From Chiloscyllium plagiosum (Eukaryota), in assembly GCF_004010195.1 (NCBI RefSeq), contig NC_057719.1:92769465-92828853 (forward strand): a stretch of 59,389 nucleotides of DNA. Reading direction: 5' to 3'. Under the pieces are notes generated by a model. That model did no database searches. It saw nothing but the letters and a program-made list of their open reading frames with translations, and was not told where the DNA came from. Both the position numbers and the translations under genes were made by a program. This document shows, piece by piece, positions 1 to 13,228 of this stretch. The stretch's first letter is position 1. Each line of letters begins with the position of its first letter.

Positions 1-95
1 AGTACTTTCAAATAAACCTGTTGCATTATAACCTGGCATCGTGTGAATTTTTAACTTTGCACAGCCCAGTCAAACACGAGCACCTCTAAATCATT
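1..95 (+). mobile_element. 3' tail of a Penelope-like element pLTR (truncated by window edge)
   Basis: aataaacctgttgcattataacctggcatcgtgtgaatttttaac matches the reverse complement of the PLE end at 38876-38920. Confidence 0.65.
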
Positions 96-495
96 ACTGT
101 TGTGTGGTTATGTTTTAGCAGGCAGTCAGTGGTGAAGATCCTGGAACTGAAGTAACAGATCCATGTTGATCTTTCCTCTCGCTTCTGTGTTTGTTTTTTT
201 GCGCTGGTTGTTCATTGAGATTGTTGAAAGTATATGTAACAGCATCATTAATTTGGATAGTCTGTGGAGGTATTTGGATAATTGATTTTGCATTTTGTTC
301 TCTTTTCTTTGCATTTCATTCATTGAACTTGAAAATAAATTCTATTTTGTTTAGAACGAAGCGGTTGGGCCCGCTGCATTACTCCTGGAGTATCCATTTA
401 CAAATGTGCAAAATAAAAAGACTAGTAAAGTTAGGTTCCCGGATACTTTCTGGAAATGTTTTGAGGGGTTCTGACCCAATCCATAGCAACTATTT

Positions 496-1880
496 ACGAA
501 CGAGAGGGACCGTATTGTAGAAGAGGAGAGTGTGAAATGGACTGGTAAGCCAGAAGAGATACTTGTTAGGAAGGAAGATGTGTTGGACATTTTGAACAAC
601 TTGAGGATAGACAAGTCCCCCGGGCCTGACGGGATATATCCTAGGATTATGTGGGAAGCAAGAGAGGAAATTGCAGTACCGTTGGCAATGATCTTCTCGT
701 CTTCACTGGCAACGGGGGTGGTACCAGGGGACTGGAGAGTAGCGAATGTTGTGCCCCTGTTCAAAAAAGGGAATAGGGATAACCCCGGGAATTACAGGCC
801 TGTTAGTCTTACTTCTGTGGTAGGCAAAGTAATGGAAAGGGTACTGAGGGATAGGATTTATGAGTATCTGGAAAGACACTGCTTGATTAGGGACAGCCAG
901 CACGGATTTGTGAAGGGTAGGTCTTGCCTTACAAGTCTTATTGAATTCTTCGAGGAGGTGACCAAGCATGTGGATGAGGGAAGAGCAGTGGATGTAGTGT
1001 ACATGGATTTTAGTAAGCCATTTGATAAGGTTCCCCATGGTAGGCCTATGCGGAAAGTCAGGAGGCATGGGATAGAGGGAAATTTGGCCAATTGGATAGA
1101 AAACTGGCTAACCGGTCGAAGGCAGAGAGTGGTGGGAGATGGTAAATATTCAGCCTGGAGCCCAGTTACAAGTGGAGTTCCGCAGCAATCAGTTCTAGGT
1201 CCTCTGCTGTTTGTAATTTTTATGAATGACTTAGATGAGGGAGTCGAAGGATGGGTCAGTAAATTTGCAGANNNNNNNNNNNNNNNNNNNNNNNNNNNNN
1301 NNNNNNNNNNNNNNNNNNNNNNNNNNNNNNNNNNNNNNNNNNNNNNNNNNNNNNNNNNNNNNNNNNNNNNNNNNNNNNNNNNNNNNNNNNNNNNNNNNNN
1401 NNNNNNNNNNNNNNNNNNNNNNNNNNNNNNNNNNNNNNNNNNNNNNNNNNNNNNNNNNNNNNNNNNNNNNNNNNNNNNNNNNNNNNNNNNNNNNNNNNNN
1501 NNNNNNNNNNNNNNNNNNNNNNNNNNNNNNNAAGGATGAGGGGTGACTTGATGGAGGTTTATAAGATGATCAGAGGAATAGATAGAGTAGACAGTCAGAA
1601 ACTTTTTCTCCGGGTACAACAGAGTGTTACAAGGGGACATAAATTTAAGGTGAAGGGTGGAAGGTATAGGGGAGATGTCAGGGGTGGGTTCTTTACCCAG
1701 AGAGTGGTGGGGGCATGGAATGCGCTGCCCGTGGGAGTGGTAGAGTCGGAATCATTGGCGACCTTTAAGCGGCATTTGGATAGGTACATGGATGGGTACT
1801 TAATCTAGGTTAGAAGTTCGGCACAACATCGTGGGCCGAAGGGCCTGTTCTGTTCTGTATTGTTCTATGTTCTATGTTCT
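496..1880 (+). mobile_element. 5'-truncated, fairly young CR1 (HER1-type) LINE, ORF2 RT region plus 3' tail
   Basis: ORF 532.. contains [42 protein letters not shown] and SKFA. It ends in a (TTCTATG)n tail. N gap at 1272-1531. Confidence 0.93.
1272..1531. other. Assembly gap (260 N)
   Basis: Run of n inside the CR1 RT region. Confidence 0.99.
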
Positions 1881-3858
1881 AACTACTTTTCTGAAATTCC
1901 CTAAACTAAAATCTCCAAACATCGCAAAAGTGGGTTCCGAAACATGAGGCAGAATTCCACGTTAAGAAAATGGCTAAGCACTCCTCATGGGTCAACACTA
2001 TAATTTGCATTCCTCGGTACATTATATTTTTTTTTGTCTCAAACTGACAGGATTGTCAGCATTCGATGAGATGTTTTAATTTCCCATCTTTATTCGACCT
2101 GAATCTGATTGTTGTTTCGTATTTGCATCTTATACCAAAGTCTATGCGCAAATATCAGGGCAGATTCACACCTAGAATCAGGAACCCTGAAGTAAAATCT
2201 ATGCAACTTTTGACTTCATTTCAAATTATCGAAAAAAATCCCGTGGCGTGGCCAGGAAGATGAGGAGAAAGTTAGTTGACATAGTGAGTGTTGCGGATTG
2301 CCTTAGCAGGAGTTGGAAGAGGTTACAACAACCTGTCATGTTTCATTTTAAATAAGAAGTGGAACAGTATTTCAAACAGCAAAGAAACACCAAAAAAGAA
2401 ACATCATGGATCGAATGGTCTCTCACCATGTGGGAAGATGTGATGACAGCCTACAACAGGCTCATCTGTCTGACTCGAGGAAGAAATGTTTCCAACATGT
2501 CTAATTCCATAACATGAACTAATCTCCAACACCTTGCTGAAAATTTGAAACTGAACACATGGAGTGCATGATTGTTTTGTAACAATTGTGACACACAACA
2601 TATGGTTAGATTATCTCATGTGGATTGGATCAGTATTTCCAACATCCAACATTATTTTGCCACTTCTCTGTTCTGTTCATCTGGGTTTGGACTTTCTTTG
2701 ACCAGATACCTTCCACTTTCTTCAGCTTCTGGAAACCTTTCAACAATAGGTTGACGTGTTTCTGATATTTATAAAACTGAATGACAACGGAGATGCAGCT
2801 GTTTGCGTGAAAACAATTCAGTGCTTTCCCTCGACTGTTTTCACTACATACGTTGAGGCCTCGTATACATCATGGAAAACACACACTGACCAATTGGTTG
2901 AGTTCGAAAATACCTTATGTCTCACTACAAGTTTGATCCCGAGCTTGTCGAGACGTACTGACGTTTTATATTGGTCTTACTCTGTCATTTCTGTCCTTAA
3001 TCAACTGCACTCTTGCGGTGACAGTGAATGTCAGAAGCAGTCATCTTTAAATTAGGGATTTCATTGCCTCTGGAATAGCACTGAGTTCAGCTATTAAACA
3101 TGGCGTATTCCTGTCTTCATTTTATTCTCATTTATTCATTTTGAATTGATTTATTTCAGACAGCAGTACATCTGTTCCAGGAGCATATTATTGTTGTTGT
3201 TGTTTTCTGTTTCTTTTCTTATCCTGTCATTATTCTCTTTGATCCCAGGGAACTCAAACTTCTGTTATTCAAATCCTCCTGTCTTCCACCAGTTCGCACA
3301 TTCGCCTTTTGACCATGTGCCTCACGCCATACTGCACCCCCACACCGAATATGTACCGCAAGCAACAACAATTTGAGAGAAGCTGAGTGGAAGAGGCGTG
3401 ACAGAGGAGGGAGAGAGAATTAAGGGGGATGCCATTGGAGAAACAATGAAAAAGATATAACAATGGATGGAAGAGACAGAAAGGTACAGTGCGAGAGTGG
3501 AAGGAAGGTATGACAGGTAACTTAAGGAGGTTAGATCAGATTGGGTGTCACCAGAGGAGAAAGCTCGGACAAAACAACCACAGTTCCAGAGTTCGGTCAT
3601 GATCCCCACCTTCACCTGAGGCCCTTCTAAATTAACATTTTTGTCATTAACAAATTTAAGTTTTAGATACAGTCAAGTAGAATGATGCCTTTTGTCACTG
3701 GTCCCTAAGTTAAGAGGAATATTGAATTGTGTCCCTGTAACCCACTGAAAAGCCAACGTTATTCCCAATCTGTTCACTTGGGACTGTATGCTCTATTGCT
3801 GAAGCATTGACTTAAAATGAGAAATCTCTGGCCGGATTGATTAATGAGTGGACTTGGA

Positions 3859-4754
3859 TTAATTGATTAATTTGAGTACAGTAAACGGGTATTTCAGCAC
3901 ATTCTTCAGCTGCTGTCTGAACTTGGTCTGGGTCACTGCATAAATTGCAGTGTTTGTGCAGCAACTGAGGAGCTGCAACATGAATCCCAATTCTAGGACG
4001 AACCAATCGAGATACAGAGAGTCATACCCAATCCGCCACATCCGTCTCCATATACAAAAAAACATTAACATTGACCATAACAGGATGAAATTGGCCGAGA
4101 TCACAAATAGTAAAATTATGGATTTTTTTCGACTTTGCATTTCTCTGTCACACTGAACACCCATATTTTTCTGTGCCCTGAGTCTCCTGCGGGCTCTGCT
4201 ACTCACTAAAATATGTCTGACGGTGAAAGCATTGAGCAGCAGGATCAGGACAAATGGGAAAGCCGGGGTTAGAATGTTGTGGAGGAACTCGATTGCGACC
4301 CAGGCACGAGACGAATAAACACTCAATGTAATCTCACAAAACCAAGGGGTGTTCCTCAACAAATACTCACCTGTGAAGAGAAAATACCAGAAAATGTTCT
4401 TTAAAAAGCTCAGCACAGTCACTGTCCCCAGAACTGCAGCCACAGTTTTTTCACTACAATATTTACTTTTCAGCTTCTCCCAACAAATGGCCACAAATCG
4501 ATCAAAGGTGAAAGTGACTGTGAACCAGACAGAACAGTCAGTGGCTGAATAAAGCAAGACAGCATGGATATTGCACACACGGATGGACTTCAGAAAATGA
4601 AATTGTTCCCAATAAACAATGGGAACGTGTCTCAACATCAAGTCGAGGATAATGACCAGTAAATCCGCCATTGCCATGGCCCCCATGTAACGTCTGATGC
4701 ATGGAGACAATCCACAATCTTTATAAAGCAGGATGAAGATCGTCACTATGTTCA
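3859..4754 (-). CDS. Coding exon 2 of the GPR139/GPR142-like GPCR (rest of TM1 to TM7 and stop)
   Basis: Acceptor tttgtttgccttcctcgcAG|TGAAC (AG at 4756-4755). G+TG=Val joins exon 1 in frame, giving GVPVNIVT. Motifs: MAMADLL (TM2), C...FTFDRFVAIC (TM3), FILLW (TM6), NTAIY (TM7), TQTKFRQQL (helix 8). 148+896=1044 nt = 347 aa plus stop, no disruptions. Confidence 0.92.
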
Positions 4755-5439
4755 CTGCGAGGAAGGCAAACAAACAAATTACATATCGGTTTGGGAGGCA
4801 AAATTACCAAATGATTGAAGATCTATTGAGATTATCAAATGTGTCACTCTATACAGAGCTTTAATAAAAGACTTGGAACTGAAATAACAAATAGTAAATT
4901 CTGAATTATATACAAGAATATTTTGTACAGCAAGCGAAACCCTCCATTCCCAGACGCACAGACACCAGTTAATTTGTAAATGTTCCCACACACTCAAACA
5001 GTCGATAACAACACAGGACACTTTTTCACAGTTCCTAACACGGTGGATGTAAACATTGCCGTCCTGAAAGATTTTCTCCCAGTTCAATAAAGACAGAATT
5101 TGGAAATTTATGCCTTTTCGTCCAAGTTATGAAGGATGAAATGGAAACGCATGGAAAACTTACTCACCCCTTTTCCGACCTGAGGGTATTTGGAAACAGT
5201 GTCCACTTCTCCTTGGAATGGGAACTCTTCCCTCAGGATCTAACCTTTCATTTAACTAATTGCCATCCGGCCATTCAGAAATAATATTAGTTACAAAAGA
5301 CTCTGGAGAGTCTCTGTTATACAATGTCCCAGAGAATGCCACTTCAAGAATTTTCTTGGTGACTCTGTCTATACAGACTTTCACGTAGATTTCCAGACCA
5401 TTTCCACTTTCAGGGAACGACCACTTTTCACCCAGTGCA

Positions 5440-6250
5440 CAACACATGGAGGCGGGCAGTATTGTGCTTTGTTTTCAAACACGCAGGGATATAGGCAAAT
5501 TTGGCTGACCGAAAGAAGTCAGCGAGTGGTGTTAGATGGAAAGTAATCCCCCTGGCGGTCAGTGACTCGTGGTGTCGTGCGGAGATCTGTTTGTGGGCCT
5601 CGGTTCTCTTGCAGATTTTATAAACGACGCATGAAGAAGTGGAAGGGTAGATTAGTAAGTTTGCCGATGACACATAGGTCGGCAGTGTTGTGGATATTTT
5701 TGAGGGCTGTTGCAGGCTACAGCAAGACATTGACAGAATGCAGGGCTGGCCTGAGAAGTGGCAGATGGAGTTCAAACTGGATAAATGCGAAGTGGTTCAT
5801 GCTGGAAGTTTGAAATTGAATGCTGATTAAAGAGTTAAGGACAGGATTCTTGCCAGTGTGGATGGGGCAGTGAGATTTAGGGGGCCACGTACATAGATCT
5901 CTCAAAATTACCACCCAAGTTAACTATGTTGTTAGGAAGGCGAATGGTGTTTTGGCTTTCATTAATAGGTGGATTGAGTTTAAAAGTTGTGAGGTTTTTC
6001 TGCAGTTCTATAAAAGCCTGGTTAGACCACACTTGTAATATTGCACCCAGCTCTGGTCGCCTCATTATTGAAAAGATGTAGATGCTTTCGAGAGGGTGCA
6101 GTGGGAATTTAGCATGATGCTGCCTGGATTGGAGGGCTTGTCTTATGAAGGCAGGCTGGGTGAGCAAGGGCTTTCACACTGGAGAGAAGCAGGAAGAGAG
6201 GTGACTTGATAGAGGCGTACAAGGTAATGAAAGGCAGAGATGGAGTAGAG
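5440..6250 (+). mobile_element. Decayed CR1 LINE RT/C-terminal fragment
   Basis: gtaagtttgccgatgacac (SKFADDT), tggcagatggagttcaa and gttagaccacacttg motifs, with stops and frameshifts. Confidence 0.85.
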
Positions 6251-6253
6251 CGT

Positions 6254-6830
6254 TTGAGAAGATTTGTAGCTTAGGTTGAGGTTTTCGATATAGGTTTGCT
6301 CGCTGAGCTTGAAGGTTCATTTCCAGACGTTTCGTTACCCTACTAAGTAACATCTTTATTGGGCCTCAGGGAAAGCAATTTTGAAAATTCCTGCATTCGA
6401 TTTATATATTTGGGTATGTTTGGATTGGTTATGTCATTTCTTGTGGTCATGTTATTTCCTGTGGTGAAGTCATTTCCTGTTCCATTTCTCATGGGGTGGT
6501 AGATGGGGTCTAACTCGATGTGTTTTTTGATAGAGTTCTAGTTGGAATGCCATGTTTCTAGGAATTCTCGTGCGTGTCTTTGTTTGGCTTGTCCTAGGAT
6601 GGATGTGTTGTCCCGGTGGAAGTGTTGTCCTTCCTCATCTATATGTGAGGATACTAGTGAGAGAGGGTCATGACTTGTTGTGGCTACTTGGTGTTCAGGT
6701 ATCCTGGTGGCTAGTTTTCTGCCTGTTTGTCCAATGTAGTGTTTGTTACAGTCCTTGCAAGCTATTTTGTAAATGACGTTAGTTTTGCTCATTGTCTGTA
6801 CAGGGTCTTTAAGTTCATTAGCTGCTCTTT
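6254..6830 (-). mobile_element. Penelope-like element 3' fragment: GIY-YIG endonuclease plus pLTR with a decayed hammerhead
   Basis: ORF 6792-6538 reads NVIYKIACKDCNKHYIGQTGRKLATRIPEH...AREFLETWHS. The hammerhead remnant at 6323-6362 has stem II, GAAACGTC and cca/tgg stem I retained, but CTGAAGA is mutated to ATAAAGA. Confidence 0.88.
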
Positions 6831-6979
6831 TAGCTCCAAATACACTTAATCAACAATACCTTCAGTAGTGAAATCTCAGAATTATTCCATGAGCCACATG
6901 CAAATTGTCACAGAAAGAAGAAAATTAGTTTAGTAAACGTGTCAGTAACCCAGTGGACCAGGAAAGAAGATTTCCATTT

Positions 6980-7557
6980 AGAGTGATGGGGTCCAGAAGC
7001 GCGGACACTGGCCGTTCGGCCCAAACTACTCCATGCTGAAAAAAATGCCCGCTAAAACTAACCATACTTACCTCCAGATGGTACACATTCTTCGAAACCT
7101 TCCACATCCATGTATGTGCCCGAATGCTTTTCATATATTGTGAATGTACCAGCGTCAAACACTTGCATTGTCAGATCATTCCATTTGCATACCATCCTCT
7201 GAGTGAAACAGTTATCCATCAGGGACCCAGATTTCTCTTCCTCTCCAAACTAACACCCACTCTGTTTTCGATTCAGGGACCCTGTGAAAAAGACTGAATG
7301 CATTCACCCTACCTATGCCACTCATGTTCTAATACAATTTGATGAGATATTCTCCTCTAACCTAGTCTCCTACACTCAAAGTAGAAATGTACTAGCTTGT
7401 CCACACTCTCCCTAAACTTAGACCTTTGGTTACAGCCAACATACGTATAAATTTCTTAGGCAGTCTTTCCATTCTAATAGCATCCCTCCTTTAGAAAGGT
7501 AACCAAATGTGAACTCAGTAATGGATGACCGGACTGACCAACGTCGCGTACAAATGA
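6980..7557 (-). mobile_element. CR1 LINE 3' part (host element, continues at 13229-14500)
   Basis: Reverse-complement CR1 3' UTR and C-terminus. It breaks at ...caacgtcgcgtacaa and resumes collinearly at aactgccacataatttcccaac (13229). Confidence 0.75.
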
Positions 7558-10500
7558 TTTTTATTCATTTGTGGGACTTGGGCGTCATTGATGAGCCAGC
7601 ATTAATAGCCAATCACTACTTAGAACATGGCCCTCAATGTTGTGCTGACCTGTGAAAATAAGCTGAAGCTCATCTAGCTAGTACGATTCCACTTTTGTCC
7701 ATATGTTTATTGAATGACCATTTAAATGCCTTTCATTTTGATGTGTCTTCGACTGTTGCAGGCAGGGCATCCATGTCCTTGTTAATTTCTGAGTAAAGAA
7801 TCTACCTCTGACATCTGTCCTACATCTAACACCCCTCAATATAAAGCTATATCCCCTGGTACTAGCCAGAACTATCTGAGGAAAAAGGCTTTCACTGTCC
7901 ACCCTATCTAACCGTTTGATTATTGTATATCTCAATTAAGTCACCTCTCAAACTTGTTCTCTCTGACGAAAAAAGCTTCAAGTCCCTCAGCCTTTCTTCA
8001 TAAACATCCTAGTAAGTCTGTTCTGAATCCTGTCCAAAGCTTTCACATCCTTCCAATAATGCAGTGACCAGAACTGTATGCAATACTCCAAGTGCACCAA
8101 AATTTTGAACAGTGCAACATGACCTCATGGTTCTGAAATGCAATCCCTCTACCAATAAAATCTAAGAAACCATATGATTTCTAAACAAACCTATCACCTA
8201 GGTGACAATTCTCAGGGTAGTATGTACATGGACTTGGAGATCTCTCTGCTCATCTACACTAACAAAAATCTTACCAATAGCCCAGTATTCTGTATTCCTG
8301 TTACTCCTTCCAAGGTGAATGGTCACACACATTTCCACATTAAACTACATTTGCCGCCTTTCAGCCGAGCTCTGCAGCTGATCTGTCTCGCTCTGTAACC
8401 TGCAACATCCTTTTGTACTATCCACACAGTGACCTTCGCATCATCTGCACACTTACAAAACCATCCTTCTCTGCCCTCATCCAGGTCATATATAAAACCG
8501 ATAACCAGCAGGCGCTTACTTGCGGTTCACCACTCATAATTCAGCTCCAGGATTAACATTTCCTATCATCAACCCCCTCTGTCTTCTTTCAGCGAGACAA
8601 TTTCTGATCCAATTTGCCAAATTACACTCAATCCCACACCACCATATTTTCAGCAATAGCCCAACGTGGGGGACCCTATTAAACGCCTTATTGAAATTAA
8701 TATATATCAAACCAACTGCTTTATCCTCATCCACATGTTTGATCATCTTCTCAAACAAGTCAAAAAGGTTTATGAGGCACGAGTCGCCCTTCAGAAAACC
8801 CAGTTGACTATTGCAAATCAACTTGTTCCTTTCTCGATGATTATGAATCCTATCGCTTACAAACATTTCCACCAATTTGTCCACAAGCTAAGTCAGGCTC
8901 ATTTTGTTGTCTCTACTTCCCTTCTTGAACAAGGGACAACATTTGCTCTCCTCCAGTGTTCTGGCAATACTCCTATAGACAAAGCCTCTGCAATCTCCTC
9001 CCTGGGTTCCCAGTTAATCCAAGTTTAAATCCGACCAGCCCTGGAGCCACTCAAAGATATCTTCACACTTTCCGAAATTGCTAACACTTCCTCCTTGCGA
9101 ACCTCAATCCCGTCTAGTCGAGTGGTCTGTGTCTCGGTATTCTCCTCCACAACACTACATTTTTTCCAGCTGGAATACTGACAAAATATATTCACTTTGC
9201 AATTCTCCCATCTCCTCGGACTCCACGCACAATTTCCCACTACTGTGCTTTATTGACCCTAACGTTACTCCAGTCATTCTTTTATTCCTGACATAACGAT
9301 AGAAATCTTTAGGTTTTCCCTTGATCGCATCTGCCAAGGAATTCTCGTGTCCCCCGCTGGCTGTTCTTAGCTCTCTCTTTCGGTCTTTCCAGGCTAACTT
9401 GCAACTCCGAAGCGCCCTAACTGAATCTTCGCGCATCACCCTTACATAAGCCTTCTTCCTCTTCAAAACAGATTCAATTTCTTTCGTAATCCATGACACA
9501 CTCGCTCGACCATTTCCTCCCTGCCAGACAGGTACGTACTTATCAAGAGCATGCTGTTGCTGTTCCTTGAATAAGCTCCACATTTCAATTGTACCCATCC
9601 CCTGCAGTTTCCTTGTCCATTTTATGCTTCCTAAATCTTCCATAATGTCAACATAATTGTCTTTGCCCCAGCTCTAAATCTTGTCCTGCCGTGTATACGT
9701 ATCCCTTTGCATTGCTAAAGTAAACATAACCTAGCTGTGGTCATTGCCACAGAAGTGCTCACCTGCTTCTAAATTTAACACCTAGTCTGATTCATTACCC
9801 AGTGCTGAATCTATTGTACTCGAACTACAATATTTCCAGTCAATAAAAGGAAAGTTAAAATCTGCCATAACAACTACCCAGTTACTCTCGGTCCTATCCT
9901 AAATCATTTTTGTTATCCTCTCTTCTACATCGCTGGAACTAATTGGAGTCCATAGAAAATCCCAAAAGTGTGAACTCTCCTTTCCTGTTTCTCACCTCAG
10001 ATCATGCGATCTCAGCAGATGCGTCCTGAAATGTCCTGTCTGCCACTGTAATATTGTCTTTGACTAACAATGCCAAACCTCCCCCTCTTTTCCCAACTTC
10101 CCTGTTCTCCATTAAACGTCTAAACGCTGGAACCTGCAACAATCATTCCTCTAACTAGCGCCACTCTTGTCCCGGAAATGACCACAATTTCGAAGTCCCA
10201 GGTATCAACTCATTCTGCAGGTTCATCTATGTTGAAATAGACTCACTCAAAACCAACTTTTTGCTTGCCTTGCGACCGTAAGAAGGTGACCTTGAGAAGG
10301 TGGTGGTGAGCTGCCTTCTTGAATCGCTGCAGTCCACTTGCTGTGAGTTGACAAATAATGCTAGTAGGGAGGGAATTCCAGGATTTTGACCCAACAGCTG
10401 TGACAGAGCGCTGGTGTGGAGGGATTGAATGTTTATAGATGTGGTGTCAATCAAGTGGATTATTTTGTCCTGGATGTTACCAAGGTTTTTAAGAGTAGTT

Positions 10501-13226
10501 TGCTCTGCAACCATCCAGGCAAGTGGAGAGTATTCTGTCACACTCGTAACTTGTGCCTTGCTGATGATGGATAAACTTTGAGTTTTCAGGAGGTGCGTTG
10601 CTAGTCGCAGTATCCGAGTCTCTGACTTGCTCTTGTAGCCACTGTGTTTATGCTGTGAATCCAGTTGGGTTTCTGATTTTTGGTAACTCCAAGGATGTTG
10701 ACAGTGAGGAACTTAGTGATCATAATACAGTTGAATGATAATGGAGGGTAGTTTGAGTGTCTCTAACTGGTGATGATCATTGTCTGGAATTCGATTGGCA
10801 CAAATATTACTCACCACTTGTCGCTCCAGCCTGGATATTGTCCAGATCTGGTCTTGGACTGCTTCAGTATTTGAGGTGTCGCAAATGTTGCTGAATACTG
10901 TGAATTATTTGACGATCATCCCCAGTTTTGAACTTATAACAGAGGGAAGGTCATTGATGAAGTAGCTGAAGTTTGCTGCACCTCAGCCACTATCCTGGAG
11001 GGACTCCTGCAGAGATATCTGGAAGCTGAGAAGACTGACTCTCCAGAACCACAACCATTTTCCTTTGTGCCAGGCATGACTATTACCAGCTGAGTTTTTC
11101 CCACAGATGCCTATTGATTTCAGTTTTGCCAAGGTTCCTTAATGTCATTCTTAGTTAATTGCGGCATTGAAGTCAAGGGATGTTACTCTCACTTCACCTC
11201 TGGAATTCCGCTGTTTTGTCCATGTTTAAACCAAGGTTATAATGAGATCAGGAGCTGAGTGATCCTGGCGAGACCCAAATTGGGCGTCACTTAACAGATT
11301 CCTCCTGAGCAGCTGCTGCTTGACAGCACTGTTGATGACCCTTTCCATCACCTTTCTCGATGATTGACAGTAGGTTGATTGACGGCGGGGGATGGGTATA
11401 AGAGTCCGGGTAAAATTTGTCCTGCGTTTTGTGCACATGACATACATTTTCAGGAAGATGTCAGTTGTGTATCTGTATTGGAAGAGATTGGATCATGGAG
11501 CGGCAATTTCTGGAGCACGCATCTTCAGTAATATTTCCGGTATATTCTCAGGGCCCAGCCGGGTTTTGGTAGCGCGTGGAGTGAATCAAATTGCTTGGAC
11601 ACTGATATCTGTGATATTTGACACCAGAAGAAATGGATGATCCACTCGGCACTTTTGACTGAAGATTGGTGCAACTGCATTAGCTTTATCTTTTGCACTG
11701 ACGTGCTGGAGTCCTCCTTCATTGAGGATGGCGATATTTGTGGAGCCTCCTCCTCCAGTGTGTAGCCTCATTGTCCACCACCATTCCCGACTGGATGTGG
11801 AAGGACTGCAGAGCTTAGCTCTGATCCGTTTGTTGTGAGATCACTTAGATCTGTTTATCAATTGCTGTTTATGCCTTTTGACATGCAAGTAGTCGTGTTT
11901 GGTAGCTTCACTAGGTTTACACCTCATTTTTAGGTATGCCAGTTGCTGCTCCTGGCATGACCTTCTGTGTTCTCCTTTGAACCAGGGCTGATCCCCTGGC
12001 TTGATGGTAATGGTTGAGAGGGGGATTTGCCAGACCGTGATGTTTCAGATTGTGCTGGAGCACAGTTCTGCTGCTGTTTATGGTCCACAGCGCCTCATGG
12101 ATACACAGTCTTGAGCTGCTAGATTAGTTCCGGGTCTGTCCCATTTAGCACGGTGATAGTCTAACACAACGCAATGGAAGTTATTTGTCATTATGACTGT
12201 GGAACTTCGTCTCCACTAGCACAGTGCGGTGGTCACGTTTTCCAATACTGTACTGGACAGATGCTTCTGAAGCCGGCAGATTAGTAAGAATTAAGTCAAG
12301 AATGTTCTTTTTCCTCTTGTTGGTTCCTTCACCCCCTGCTGCAGATCTATTTACCTCCTTCAGGATCCGACCGGCTTGATCAGTAATGCTGGTGTTGCTG
12401 AGCCACTGTTAGTGGTGGACATTGAAATCTCCCTCGTAGACTATATTTTGTTCTCTTACCAACCTCAGTGCTTCCTCCAAGTGTTCTTCAACTTGGAGTA
12501 CTGATTCCTCAGCGGAAGGAGGATGGTATGTAGTAACCAGGTTCAGGTCTACATGTCCTTGTTTATCCTGAAGCCTGAGACTTCATGGCATCTGGAGTCG
12601 ATGTCAACGTCTACCAGGGCAACGCCCTGTTGGCTGTATACCTCTGTGCCGCCTCCTCTAATGGGTCTGTCCTATCAGTTGGTGAGGACACATCCAGGAA
12701 TGGTAATTATGGTGCCTGGGATGTTATCTATAATGTATTATTCCGCAAGAAAGCCCACGTCAGGCTGTTGAGTGACTAATCTGTGAGATACCTCTCACAA
12801 GTTGGGCACTATCCCCCCAGATGTTGGCAAGATGGCCTTTGCATGGTCGACAGGGCTGTTTATGATTATGTATTTTCCAGCTGTAAGGTTGATGCCATGT
12901 CTTTGTTGCGGCTTCCTAGAGATTGTTACAATCTGAGTGGCTTGCCATTTCAGTGGGCAGTTCAGAGTCAACCATATTGCTGTGGCTCTGGAGTAACATG
13001 TAGTCAGACAAGTTAAGGATGCAGATTTCTTCAGAGAAGCAGAGAGGTTTTTCTGATAATTGGTAATAGTAATTGGTCATCAGTCGTACCTTAATACCAG
13101 TTTGTTACTTGAATTCAAATTCCACCATCTGCCCTTTCAGGATTCAAACCCTGATCCCCAAAACATCATTCTAGGTCTCTGACTTAACAGTCAAACGATA
13201 ATACCATTCGACCATCGCCTCACCCC
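7558..13226 (-). mobile_element. Decayed ORF1-less APE-RT LINE (L2/CR1 group) with a tRNA-derived SINE-type head, interrupted by a CR1 at ~7620-10283
   Basis: 3' tail at 7558-7619 continues at ~10284 (ccttgagaaggtggtggtgagc). RT remnants include SKVMERVINSAVKQQLLRRNLLSDAQFG. The APE N-terminus is at ~12850-12600. A and B boxes are at 13214-13204 and 13150-13140. Confidence 0.75.
7620..10283 (-). mobile_element. Decayed CR1 LINE ORF2 (APE to RT to tail) nested in the previous element
   Basis: Minus-strand ORFs SQLGFLKGDSCLINLFDLFE..., FYRYVRNKRMT...SSGKLCVESEEMGE and RGRFFTQ. Confidence 0.85.
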
Positions 13227-13228
13227 TT

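Noticed and set aside
3121..3136. Two minus-strand AATAAA hexamers ~730 nt past the GPCR stop, and TATTTAT at 43905-43899 as a TATA box
   Set aside because: Both are plausible, but such motifs are common in AT-rich DNA and there is no transcript evidence.
4755..4773. ORF-track start MFAFLA for the 304-aa GPCR ORF
   Set aside because: It is a TTG within the polypyrimidine tract and acceptor. The real N-terminus comes from exon 1.
5163..5245. Possible extra minus-strand exon ending at a GTGAGT donor (~5168)
   Set aside because: TM1 is already complete with exons 1 and 2, and the segment has no receptor-like translation.
13100..13226. tRNA gene (also at 14704 and 55344)
   Set aside because: A and B boxes are present, but I see no convincing cloverleaf, and each continues into a retroposon body.
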